Positions 28,457 to 38,255 of a DNA stretch of 64,000 nt are shown here, in pieces (positions within the stretch are counted from its first letter, which is position 1; every line of letters begins with the position of its first letter). Source of the DNA: an uncultured Desulfosarcina sp. (GTDB lineage: Bacteria; Desulfobacterota; Desulfobacteria; Desulfobacterales; Desulfosarcinaceae); contig CAXXWQ010000003.1 of the NCBI GenBank assembly GCA_963674945.2, positions 960,001 to 1,024,000 of the forward strand, written 5' to 3'. Below the pieces are notes generated by a model that did not search any database, was not told where the DNA came from, and saw only the letters and a program-made list of their open reading frames with translations. The translations under genes and the position numbers were made by a program.

Positions 28457-30973
28457 CTACATGGCATGTTCCGTGCGGGTGATGATCTCGTCCCGGACTT
28501 CCGGCGTGAGTTCGGTCCAGTAGGCACTGTAACCTGCAACCCTGACGACAAGGTCTTGATAGTTTTCCGGATGCGCCTTGGCATCCAGCAGGGTCGCCGT
28601 GTTCAGGATATTCACCTGGACCTGGGAACCGCCCTTGGCAAAGTAGGTGTTCAGCAGGGCTGCAAATTTCTGTTTGCCCTCTTTGGAACCGAGTACGCCG
28701 GCGGAGAACTTCATGTTGAGCAGCGTACTCTGCATGCCCATGGTGTCGCATTTGGATGCAGAATTCAAAACGGCCGTCGGTCCGCTCTTGTCGTAACCCC
28801 GGACGGGAGACAGGGAACCGTCCGCCAATGGCTCACCAAGCTTCTTGCCGTTGGGCAGGGCGCCCGTCGACGCGGCCACCCACTGGGCCCACGCAGCGCC
28901 CTGTCGGAAGAGTACGGGGGCACGATCGTGCTCATCCCGATACTCCAGCGCCCGGTCCCGGGTCCAGGTCCAAAGGTGGGCCATCATTTCATCGGGCTCT
29001 TCCAGGTCGTTGCCGTATTTGGGATAGTCCATCAGCTTTTTGCGCAGTTCTTCATAGCCTTCGAAGTTGGCTTCCAATGCTTTCAAAAGTTCGTCCATGG
29101 TGCAGATCTTCTCTTCGAATACCGCATACTTGATCGCCATCAGACTATCGGCCGTATCCGAAAGGGCACGATCCACGAAATGCCCGCCTTCGATCTCCTT
29201 GCAATACCGGGTGCCGCCGCGACTCAGATCCTTGCCCCTTTCAATGCACCCGTCTATCCATGCAGAAGCGAACGGCATATAGGCCATCAACTGATCGAAA
29301 TGGGGCTCCATCGCCGCGTACAGATTCATGTGAAAATCATAGTTGAACATGACCTGCTCTTTGTATGCCGCCACAACATCCTCGAAGGTCGCAAATTCCC
29401 GCGGATCTCCGGTGTCGGGCCCCAGTTTCATCTTGGAATCCGGATCCACCCCGCAGTTCAGCGCCATCTGAAGCAGTTTGGCGTGATGCACGAATCCGGG
29501 GCCGGGTCCGTGACCCCAGGCCCAGGCCTTGCCGATGGCGGTATTCACACAGCCGGCCATGGACCAATCCCGGGCTTCTTCATGGGGTACGCCACGGCTC
29601 ATCAGCCACTCGATATTGTTGCGGTCATTGAACCAGGCCGGAATGCCCGCGCCGTGGTTCTTGTTGCACTCGATGCACGCATCCAGAAACTCCGGCTTCA
29701 TGGCGTGATGATAACGGATCGAGATATGCGGCTGATGGGTCTTGAGCTGCCCGCCCACATGCAGCACCAGGCAGCCGAACTCATTGGAGTTGTCCCTTCC
29801 CCTTCGGTCGATTCCGCCGAGGGTGACATTGACGATGTAGTTGGCCTGGGCCACCGCCTGATGGTCGCGCCTGCCGGCAAGCCCCTGGAACAGAAAGGGC
29901 TCCAGCGAATCCCAGAACACATAGATATTGCCCATCAGTTCCGCCGCTTCCTGGCGGGTCATGCGGCCTTCGTTGATGTCTTTCATGTAAAACGGAAACA
30001 GGTACTGATCGAACCTGGCAGCATAATGGTTGGATATGGCCTTTTCCATGTCATGGGCCACGGGGATGAACCAGTAGGCCTGCAGGGCCTCGCGGAATGT
30101 GCGCGGCGGATTGGTGGCGATCCATTCGCAGACATCACCGATCTCTTTCAGTTCCTTCTTCCTTGTTGCGTTCTTTTCCTTGGCCGCCATCTCCCGGGCC
30201 ACTTCGGCATGGCGCTGGATAAAGCGAATGAACCCTTTCTGGGCGATGATCATCGCTTCGAGCATCTTGATCTTGTCATTGTCCTTGGCCGTGGTCTTCA
30301 TCCCCTTTTTCCGGATTTCGCCGATTCGATCTTCGATCTCGGCGATGATGCCGGGCACACCGATGCGAAGGTACTTGTCGAAATCGCAACCCAGCACCAG
30401 CGGGCTGACCTCCCCGACGGGCTGTACGCCGCCCATGTTGACCTTGGACGCACCGAACTTGTTTCTCAGCCCGTCGCCAAAGGCCATGCCGATTTCATGG
30501 GCCTTTCTGTTGAGCCCCATCTTGGCCCAGTATTCGGCTGCCTTCTTGATATCCTCCAGGGCCTCATCGGTGAGCCCGGCGTCCTGGGATTCGCTGCCGG
30601 CACTGGCCATCTTTTCCCGGTGTTGAATGATCATCAGGGTCTGTTCCGGCGCCGAACTGTGATTGGCGTATGCACCCCGGTTGTAGGGCGTTGGTTTGCC
30701 CACGATCAGTTCGTTGTCACGGATGACGATGGGCACCTTTTCAAAGAGGTTGGCCTCGGCCTTGGCCCGCCGGATGGCCGGATGCTTGCCCTCGGTCTCC
30801 AGGTAGGATTCGAGATGATACTTGGCCCTTTCACCGGCGATGTGAACGCCATCTTCCCTCACCCTGTTCTTGAGCGCCTGAATCCGCTCTGTGAGACCGT
30901 TGGTCTTGTACACCGCATCCAGATTAATCGTATTCGGACCAACCTTTGGTTCATTCGTTTTCGCAGTCGCCAT
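28457..30973 (-). CDS. glycyl radical enzyme, paralog 2
   Basis: VRVAGYS and AGCVN; start at ATG 30973 (GGAGG RBS, aligns with paralog 1, promoter overlaps the longer start). Confidence 0.95.
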   Translation of the reverse strand: MATAKTNEPKVGPNTINLDAVYKTNGLTERIQALKNRVREDGVHIAGERAKYHLESYLETEGKHPAIRRAKAEANLFEKVPIVIRDNELIVGKPTPYNRGAYANHSSAPEQTLMIIQHREKMASAGSESQDAGLTDEALEDIKKAAEYWAKMGLNRKAHEIGMAFGDGLRNKFGASKVNMGGVQPVGEVSPLVLGCDFDKYLRIGVPGIIAEIEDRIGEIRKKGMKTTAKDNDKIKMLEAMIIAQKGFIRFIQRHAEVAREMAAKEKNATRKKELKEIGDVCEWIATNPPRTFREALQAYWFIPVAHDMEKAISNHYAARFDQYLFPFYMKDINEGRMTRQEAAELMGNIYVFWDSLEPFLFQGLAGRRDHQAVAQANYIVNVTLGGIDRRGRDNSNEFGCLVLHVGGQLKTHQPHISIRYHHAMKPEFLDACIECNKNHGAGIPAWFNDRNNIEWLMSRGVPHEEARDWSMAGCVNTAIGKAWAWGHGPGPGFVHHAKLLQMALNCGVDPDSKMKLGPDTGDPREFATFEDVVAAYKEQVMFNYDFHMNLYAAMEPHFDQLMAYMPFASAWIDGCIERGKDLSRGGTRYCKEIEGGHFVDRALSDTADSLMAIKYAVFEEKICTMDELLKALEANFEGYEELRKKLMDYPKYGNDLEEPDEMMAHLWTWTRDRALEYRDEHDRAPVLFRQGAAWAQWVAASTGALPNGKKLGEPLADGSLSPVRGYDKSGPTAVLNSASKCDTMGMQSTLLNMKFSAGVLGSKEGKQKFAALLNTYFAKGGSQVQVNILNTATLLDAKAHPENYQDLVVRVAGYSAYWTELTPEVRDEIITRTEHAM

Positions 30974-31025
30974 TTCTTTCCTCCCATTGTTGTGTTTTTT
31001 TGAACATCGCCTGAGTTCTGGGGTA

Positions 31026-31054
31026 ACAATATCCATCGTATTTCAATATGTCAA
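31026..31054 (-). promoter_or_regulatory. sigma70 promoter of GRE paralog 2
   Basis: TTGACA-N17-TATTGT; shares TTATTTATTGACA with promoter of paralog 1. Confidence 0.7.
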
Positions 31055-31271
31055 TAAATAACTTTTAATTTTTTAATTTTGACATCTTTACTTAATCATT
31101 ATCTCTTTTCTTTAATCAATGTTGCCAATTATATCATTTTTTGATTTTTGCAACTTATCTGCCTTTCCATGAGATCGTATTTTTCAAAGATTACAATTTG
31201 ACATTTTGGTCAATTATACGTAAGTTCTCGTTTTTTTATGGTGATTGATCCAAATCAAGAAAAGGAAATGC

Positions 31272-32201
31272 ATGGCACTCGATAACTTCGACCATCTGCT
31301 CATCAAACGAATCAAAGCGGATGCCAGACAGCCGATTCAGACACTTGCCAACAAATTGGGGCTTAAAAGCGCAACGGTCCGTTACCGCCTAAATCGACTG
31401 ATCGATGATGGTATCTTGAAAATAGCCTGCGTTACCAACTCCGAAGTTTTGGGATATCGTTCTCTTGTTGTGATAGGAATCAAGGTTTTTCCAGGGAAGG
31501 CCGAAGCCGTAGCCAACCAACTGGCGCCGCTGCCGGAGGTTCGATCGGTCTTTGTGACCGCAGGCCGCTTTAACATTCTGGCGTGGATGCTGTTTCGGAA
31601 CCAATCGGACTTGGGAAACTTTGTTTCGGAGGATTTGCCGGGCATTGCCGACATTACGGATGTGGAAATTATGAACTCCTATCGATGGGAACCGTATTCA
31701 TGGAGTTTTTCCGAGTCCAAAAAGGAATTCACGCAAAGCGATCTTAGCAAACTGGAATTGTCAGTGGTCAGGGCGATGCGGGAGGCTCCCAGACAAAGCA
31801 TCACCAAACTGGCCCAAACCGTTGGCTGTAGCAGGGCTGTGGCAAAAGCCACACTGGAAAAGCTCACCAATGATGGAATCGTCAAGTTCAACGCCTTTGT
31901 CGATCCCACCAGCATTGGATACGATACCGGTGTTGCCATCTTCATCAAGGCGCAACCAGACAAAATCGACGCCGTTGCCAAAAAGTTGTCCAAAGAAAAT
32001 ACGGAAACGCACGTGAACCTGATTTCCGGTCAATGGCACATCTATTTCAGGGCGCATTTTCAAGACAGTGAGCACCTGCAGAACTTCTTGTTAAACACGC
32101 TGGCGGGCATACCGGGCGTCGTAGCATATGATGTTGTTCATCTGGTAAGAACAGTGAAATTCTCCGTGAAATACTCCTTCAGCCCCCTCGACCTGGCATA
32201 G
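31272..32201 (+). CDS. tandem Lrp/AsnC regulator (with GRE paralog 2)
   Basis: Paralog of 26805..27734; divergent from the GRE. Confidence 0.9.
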   Translation: MALDNFDHLLIKRIKADARQPIQTLANKLGLKSATVRYRLNRLIDDGILKIACVTNSEVLGYRSLVVIGIKVFPGKAEAVANQLAPLPEVRSVFVTAGRFNILAWMLFRNQSDLGNFVSEDLPGIADITDVEIMNSYRWEPYSWSFSESKKEFTQSDLSKLELSVVRAMREAPRQSITKLAQTVGCSRAVAKATLEKLTNDGIVKFNAFVDPTSIGYDTGVAIFIKAQPDKIDAVAKKLSKENTETHVNLISGQWHIYFRAHFQDSEHLQNFLLNTLAGIPGVVAYDVVHLVRTVKFSVKYSFSPLDLA

Positions 32202-32243
32202 CATGCATATTCGCAAATCGTTATACGAAGAAAGATTGCGGAA

Positions 32244-32711
32244 ATGACACCCGCGATAAAAACGGCAAAAAAGGCGAAAGTTGAATTTCATGTTCACAAA
32301 TATGAACATGCCCCGTCATCTTCCTCCTATGGAGAAGAAGCAGCAAGTAAATTGGGCATTGATACGGACAGGGTCTTCAAGACACTCGTTGTGGCGATCG
32401 GTGACAGGGATTTTGCCGTCGCGGTTCTCCCGGTTTCCAGGCAACTGGACGTAAGGCGGTATGCCAGGGCCGTTGGCGTAAAAAAAGTGATTATGGCAAA
32501 CAAGAAGGACGTAGAAAAAATTACCGGCTATGTTCTCGGCGGCGTGAGCCCCATTGGCCAGAACAAACGCCTCGTGACCATCATCGATGGATCGGCGAAT
32601 AAATTTGATACTATATTTGTAAGTGCCGGCAGAAGGGGCCTCGAGATCGAACTCTCCCCAAAGGATTTATGCTTGTTGACGTCAGGAAGTCTTATGGATA
32701 TTTGCAAATGA
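32244..32711 (+). CDS. ybaK: Cys-tRNA(Pro) deacylase YbaK
   Basis: MTPAI, VFKTLV, TGYVLGGVSPIGQ, VSAGRRGLEIEL. Confidence 0.93.
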   Translation: MTPAIKTAKKAKVEFHVHKYEHAPSSSSYGEEAASKLGIDTDRVFKTLVVAIGDRDFAVAVLPVSRQLDVRRYARAVGVKKVIMANKKDVEKITGYVLGGVSPIGQNKRLVTIIDGSANKFDTIFVSAGRRGLEIELSPKDLCLLTSGSLMDICK

Positions 32712-32946
32712 ACGGCATCCACGATTACTTCAAGAACTTGCGTTCTCCCTACTTATGAGTGTCATTCTTAATACTTTCGGGCCACCGTTGGCCTGGAAAA
32801 GCTTTTTAAAAACCACACTTTGTAAAGATTTTCCACATCTTTTCTCCACATTCTAATGATATTGCAACAATTGGAATAAACAACAGGGTAATCCCGTTTC
32901 GAATCCATCGGGAGTAACGATTTTCAATGGGACGGACGGCCTCGTA

Positions 32947-33723
32947 ATGGAACGGTATGAGATGAAATACACGATTCCACGGTCGCTGATCCGGCCCATA
33001 ACCGATTTCGTGTCGGTCTACTGCAGGAAAGATCCCCACTCCCAGGCATCGAGAACGGGTTTTTACCGGGTGAACAATCTCTATCTGGATTCGCCGGGAT
33101 ATCTTCTCATGCGCATGCGAAGGGAAGGCGCTGAAAACCGGTTCAATATCCGGATCCGATCTTACGGCGACACCCCCAAACGGCCCTACTTTCTTGAAAT
33201 CAAGCAGAAATGGAATCAGGTGATCCGCAAATACCGGTCTCGCGTGACAGATCCGGACTGGCATCGGACATACACCCAGCCGGGATGCCAGAGCATAGAA
33301 CCCGATGCCGGCGATCGGGAGATCCAAAACCGCGAACGGTTTGATCGGATGATCTACACCTACAATGCGGAGCCGAAGATATTCACCCAGTACAAACGGC
33401 TGGCCTGGGTCAGCGAGGTGGACACCTACGCCCGGGTAACCTTCGATGTCAATCTTCGGTATATGGCGGCCAACGGATATCACCTTGTTCCCAGGGAAGA
33501 AGATCTTGTCTCCTGTGACGCACAAACCTGCTTCGATCCGGGATGCAGCGTAATTCTGGAGTTAAAGTGCCATGCGTCGGCCGTTCCTTTCTGGATGCTC
33601 GATCTGATTCGACGCTTCGAGCTGAGACGTCGCAGCTTTTCAAAATATCTCAACGGCGCCGAAGCGCTCTTCGGGCGTCGTTGCGGGGAAGCAATCGGCC
33701 GGGTTTCCGTGTTTTGCGCATAG
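32947..33723 (+). CDS. VTC (polyphosphate polymerase) domain protein
   Basis: RYEMKY, LYLDS, RIRSY, LEIK, RVTFD, ILELK, FSKY. Confidence 0.88.
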   Translation: MERYEMKYTIPRSLIRPITDFVSVYCRKDPHSQASRTGFYRVNNLYLDSPGYLLMRMRREGAENRFNIRIRSYGDTPKRPYFLEIKQKWNQVIRKYRSRVTDPDWHRTYTQPGCQSIEPDAGDREIQNRERFDRMIYTYNAEPKIFTQYKRLAWVSEVDTYARVTFDVNLRYMAANGYHLVPREEDLVSCDAQTCFDPGCSVILELKCHASAVPFWMLDLIRRFELRRRSFSKYLNGAEALFGRRCGEAIGRVSVFCA

Positions 33724-33779
33724 CCGAACCCCGTAGCGTCGAGGACCATCGTAACAAGCCAAACCGGAGGAAACAAAAT

Positions 33780-34463
33780 ATGCTCGATTCTCTCGCCTTT
33801 AACGTGGCGGCGCCCCATACGGAATGGGTGCATGCCATCTATATCGTTCTCATGGCTTTTTTGCTTTCCACACTGGTGGGTGCCACCTATGTGAAAACGT
33901 TCCAGGGTCTTTCTTTTTCCCGCAATTATGTGCAGGCCGTGATACTGGCGTCCATCGTGTCGGCCATGGTCATGCTCGCCATCGGCGACAGTCTGGCAAG
34001 GGGACTGGGGATGATCGGCGCCCTTGCTATTGTCCGGTTCAGGACCAACTTCAAGGACGCCAAGGATATCCTCTTCATGTTCGCTTCCCTTGCCGCCGGC
34101 ATCGGTTGCGGCGTGGGCGCTTACAAGGCGGCCACGGTCGGCACCATCGGATTCGTGATTACATCGATCATCCTCTATCTCTCTCCCATGGGGCAGACAC
34201 GCATGTTCGACGGCATACTACGGTTCAATTGCACAAACAATGCAGATCAGCAGTCCATTTTGGAGAAAATCCTGCGCACCCACTGCAAGACCTTTGTCCT
34301 GGTCACGTTGCGGGACATGCAGCAAGGGGAAAGGCTCGATTACGCCTATCAGGTGAAACTCAAAAAAGGACGCGATTCTCAACTGGTTTCCGTTCTTTCC
34401 ACACAACTTCCCTCGGTTCAGGGGATCAGTCTGATGCTGCAAGAGGCGACCGTGGAATTGTGA
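33780..34463 (+). CDS. DUF4956 membrane protein
   Basis: IGDSLARGLGMIGALAIVRFRT, D.LFMF; typical VTC neighbour; GGAGG RBS. Confidence 0.88.
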   Translation: MLDSLAFNVAAPHTEWVHAIYIVLMAFLLSTLVGATYVKTFQGLSFSRNYVQAVILASIVSAMVMLAIGDSLARGLGMIGALAIVRFRTNFKDAKDILFMFASLAAGIGCGVGAYKAATVGTIGFVITSIILYLSPMGQTRMFDGILRFNCTNNADQQSILEKILRTHCKTFVLVTLRDMQQGERLDYAYQVKLKKGRDSQLVSVLSTQLPSVQGISLMLQEATVEL

Positions 34464-34509
34464 TGTGCTTCACATCGCAGACAAATTCAACAACCGGAGG
34501 GCTTTACTC

Positions 34510-36285
34510 ATGAAAAAGCGCGCATGGATTCCCTTTCTATGTATTTGCATGATTTTGATGCTTCTCATCGCTTGCGGCGGCGGTTCCTCAGCAGACGGCG
34601 GATCGGACACCGGTGTGAGTTCCGGTGATACGACAGATGAGGACAACGATACCTCGGACGATTCCGACGATGATGAGACGGATTTGCCGGATCATGATGA
34701 TGATGACGACTATATCTGGGATGATGACGATGTGGTCAACGTAACGCTGAACGGGGATTCGGTCACCATCGACGGCAGCGGCGCCACGGCTGCCGAAAGC
34801 GTTGTCACGGTCTCTTCCGCGGGTGCCTACCAGTTCAGCGGTAATCTGAGTAACGGCATGATCAAGGTGGATACCGAAGATGAAGAGAAGGTCGTCCTTA
34901 TCTTGGACGGCGTGGACATCACCTGTTCGTACCAGGCGCCCATCCAGGTACTTTCGGCGGAAAAGACCGTGATCGTCCTGGCCGACGGATCGGATAACTA
35001 TATTACGGACGGTTCGAGCTACACCTTCGATGACCCGGAAGAAGACGAGCCTAATGCTGCGGTTTTCAGCAAGGATGACCTGATCCTTTACGGCGACGGC
35101 AATCTTACCGTCATGGCAAGTTACAACGACGGGATCGCCGGCAAAGACGGGCTCATCATCTACTGCGGGGGAACCATCACCATCGATGCCGTGGATGATG
35201 GCATCCGTGGCAAGGACTATCTGGTGGTCAAAGATGGGATGTTGATGATCGACGCGGATGGGGACGGGCTGAAATCGGATAATGACGAGGACGAGGGCGC
35301 GGGATATATCAAGATTACAGGCGGAACGTTGGACATCACCGCCGGTGCAGACGCCATCCAGGCGGCATCCGATGTCCAGATCGAAGACGGCACCTTTTCC
35401 TTGACGACCGGCGGAGGGAGCAGTTACACGATCGGCGATTTTGATTCGTCGGCCAAGGGGATCAAGGCGTCAGCATCAATATCGATAATCGGCGGGGATT
35501 TCACCATCAGCTCCGCGGACGACTGCATCCACGCCAACGACACCATCCATATCTACGGTGGGAGTTTTCTCCTCTCTTCCGGAGACGATGGAATCCATGC
35601 CGATACCCAGATCGAGATCGACTACGCCGACTTGGAAATCACCAAGTCCTATGAAGGGATCGAAAGCGCGCTGATTACCATCAATGACGGAAATTTCATC
35701 ATCGTTTCCAGCGATGACGGCCTGAACGTGGCAGGCGGAAACGATGATTCGGCCAGTAACGGACGCCCCGGACAGGGCGATTTTAATTCTTCCGATGGGG
35801 ATGCCCTTTATATCAACGGCGGATTCTTCGCCATCACATCGGCGGGTGACGGCTTGGATGCCAACGGGTTCATCGAGATGACCGGCGGAACGGTGCTGGT
35901 TCACGGTCCCACGTCCGATGCCGACGGCGCCATCGATTATGACGAGTACTTCAAGATCTCCGGTGGATTACTCGTAGCCGCCGGTAGTTCAGGTATGGCC
36001 ATGGGACCGAGCAACGATTCGAGCCAAGGCTCCGCCCTGCTCACATTCAACACCCGTCAGGCGGGAACCCTGATCCATATCCAATCCGGATCCGGTGCGT
36101 CGTTGCTGACCTTTGCCCCTTCCAAGGCATATGAATCGCTGGCTTTCTCGTCTCCGGACCTTATCAGCGGGGGAACCTATGATGTGTACTTCGGTGGCAC
36201 CTGTACCGGTACAGAAACCTACGGCCTTTACACCGGCGGCACATACTCCGGCGGAACCCGGGCGGGCTCGTTTACGGCCCGCTGA
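34510..36285 (+). CDS. DUF4353 beta-helix carbohydrate-binding lipoprotein
   Basis: Lipobox LIAC, acidic linker, AAVFSKDDL, DDGIHA, SYEGIE, GDGLDANG. Confidence 0.85.
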   Translation: MKKRAWIPFLCICMILMLLIACGGGSSADGGSDTGVSSGDTTDEDNDTSDDSDDDETDLPDHDDDDDYIWDDDDVVNVTLNGDSVTIDGSGATAAESVVTVSSAGAYQFSGNLSNGMIKVDTEDEEKVVLILDGVDITCSYQAPIQVLSAEKTVIVLADGSDNYITDGSSYTFDDPEEDEPNAAVFSKDDLILYGDGNLTVMASYNDGIAGKDGLIIYCGGTITIDAVDDGIRGKDYLVVKDGMLMIDADGDGLKSDNDEDEGAGYIKITGGTLDITAGADAIQAASDVQIEDGTFSLTTGGGSSYTIGDFDSSAKGIKASASISIIGGDFTISSADDCIHANDTIHIYGGSFLLSSGDDGIHADTQIEIDYADLEITKSYEGIESALITINDGNFIIVSSDDGLNVAGGNDDSASNGRPGQGDFNSSDGDALYINGGFFAITSAGDGLDANGFIEMTGGTVLVHGPTSDADGAIDYDEYFKISGGLLVAAGSSGMAMGPSNDSSQGSALLTFNTRQAGTLIHIQSGSGASLLTFAPSKAYESLAFSSPDLISGGTYDVYFGGTCTGTETYGLYTGGTYSGGTRAGSFTAR

Positions 36286-36398
36286 CGAAAGCTGCCGGGC
36301 GCCGCAAGCATCATCGGCGCCCGGAGTACATTACTCCATATTGAATTCGTACCTCTTACAAGACATCCGTTTTTCATCGTAAAGGAGGTCTTTGTCCA

Positions 36399-38132
36399 AT
36401 GAAAAAACACACCGCATTGGCGGCAACGATGCTTATCGTTCTGGCTGCTTTGCACCCGCACATCGATACTGCATCGGCAGGGACAATCATCCCGACATCC
36501 GAACAAACCGACGAACAAACGTCTGCCAAGGCGTTGCCGGCGTTGACATTGCTTTTGCTGGACAGTGCCAACAGCAACAACGGAAACACTATCACCTTTA
36601 ACGGCGATTCCATTGCGGTCAAAGGGAGCGGCGTTACCGTAAACGGCAGTGTCGCCACCATCAACGCGGCGGACACATACAGCGTCGGCGGCACCCTCGA
36701 CGATGGACAACTGGTGGTCGATACCGATGACGAGGAGAGTGTAACACTCGTCTTTAACGGTGTGGATATCACCAATACAAGCGGTGCGCCGCTTTTCGTC
36801 AGCAGTGCCGAAAAGACGGTGATTGTCCTTACCGCGGGAACGCAAAACACACTCACCGATGGTGAGGAGTATGTTTTCCCCGAGGGAGAAGATGAGCCGG
36901 ATGCGGCGCTTTTCAGCAAAGACGATCTCGTCATCGAGGGCGAAGGCGCCTTGACGGTGAATGCCAACTATAAAAACGGCATCACGAGCAAAGACGATCT
37001 GGAAATAAAAAATGGCACCATCACCGTCACGGCGGCCAATCATGCCATCAAGGGTAAAAATTCCATTACCATCGAAGGGGGCACATTCACACTTGTCGCC
37101 GGAAGCGACGGGATGCAATCCGACGAGGATGAGGACGAGGATAAGGGCTTTATCAACATTTCCGGCGGCACCTTTGCCATCACCGCCGCCAACGACGGGA
37201 TACAGGCCGAGACGACGCTTGCCGTCAGCAGCGGTGATTTTACCATCGTGGCCTGCGGCGGCAGCAGCGTTACCACGGAAGATAGCGCCAAGGGGCTGAA
37301 AGCCGGTGTGATGGTTAACGTTTCCGGCGGCACCTTTGCCATCGATACCGCCGACGACGCCGTTCATTCCGATGCCGACATCACCATCGAGAGCGGCACA
37401 TTTACGCTGGCAACCGCCGACGACGCAATTCACGCCGACGGCACGGTAACGATCAACGGCGGTGACATCACCGTTACGAAGAGCTACGAGGGCATCGAAG
37501 GGGTGGCGATCGTCATCAACGACGGCGACATACGCCTGACCGCCGACGATGACGGCATCAATGTCGCAGGGGGCAACGACGACCCGGCTGATGGAGATGG
37601 GTACTATCTTGCAATCAACGGCGGTACCATCGTGGTGAATGCATCGGGCGATGGATTGGACGCCAACGGTGACATCACCATGACCGGCGGGACGGTTTTG
37701 GTAAACGGCCCCACCGTCAGCAACAACGGTGCTTTGGATTGCGACGGATCTTTTACCTTAACCGGGGGCTTTCTGGTAGCTGCGGGCAGTTCCGGCATGG
37801 CGCAGTCGCCAAGCACGTCCTCGACGCAATATTGTGTGCTGGTCAATCTCTCTTCCGCCCAACCGGCGGATACACTGTTCCATATTCAAACCCGGACAGG
37901 CGAAGCAGTACTCACCTTTGCACCCGCGAAAACATACCAGTCGGTCGCATTCTCCCTCTCCTCGCTGACAAACGGCACCACCTATGCCGTTTACACCGGC
38001 GGCAGTTCCACCGGTACCGTTTCCGATGGCCTCTATACGGGCGGAACGTACACGCCCGGTACGCAGGTCGCCGGCTTCACGATCACGAGTATTGTCACTA
38101 CGGTCGGCGGGTCGGGCCCCCCTGGCTGGTAA
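36399..38132 (+). CDS. DUF4353 beta-helix carbohydrate-binding secreted protein
   Basis: Paralog of upstream gene with the same repeats; signal peptide. Confidence 0.85.
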   Translation: MKKHTALAATMLIVLAALHPHIDTASAGTIIPTSEQTDEQTSAKALPALTLLLLDSANSNNGNTITFNGDSIAVKGSGVTVNGSVATINAADTYSVGGTLDDGQLVVDTDDEESVTLVFNGVDITNTSGAPLFVSSAEKTVIVLTAGTQNTLTDGEEYVFPEGEDEPDAALFSKDDLVIEGEGALTVNANYKNGITSKDDLEIKNGTITVTAANHAIKGKNSITIEGGTFTLVAGSDGMQSDEDEDEDKGFINISGGTFAITAANDGIQAETTLAVSSGDFTIVACGGSSVTTEDSAKGLKAGVMVNVSGGTFAIDTADDAVHSDADITIESGTFTLATADDAIHADGTVTINGGDITVTKSYEGIEGVAIVINDGDIRLTADDDGINVAGGNDDPADGDGYYLAINGGTIVVNASGDGLDANGDITMTGGTVLVNGPTVSNNGALDCDGSFTLTGGFLVAAGSSGMAQSPSTSSTQYCVLVNLSSAQPADTLFHIQTRTGEAVLTFAPAKTYQSVAFSLSSLTNGTTYAVYTGGSSTGTVSDGLYTGGTYTPGTQVAGFTITSIVTTVGGSGPPGW

Positions 38133-38164
38133 AAACCTTCATCGAAATAGAAAGAAAAACGAAA

Positions 38165-38186
38165 GGGGTAGCCGTTCGGCTACCCC
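38165..38186. terminator. hairpin between convergent operons
   Basis: GGGGTAGCC-GTTC-GGCTACCCC with upstream A-tract. Confidence 0.65.
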
Positions 38187-38255
38187 CTCCCCCACACTAC
38201 CCGGCATACGTCTCATTTACCAAATCGCTCCGGCTGGTGATGATTAAGATAGCAA

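Noticed and set aside
23062..30973. Calling the GREs PFL, CutC or Bss/Ass
   Set aside because: Cys-loop motifs do not match; no microcompartment or small-subunit genes
28433..31003. 856-aa plus-strand ORF
   Set aside because: Antisense shadow of GRE paralog 2; its similarity to the other shadow ORF follows from the duplication
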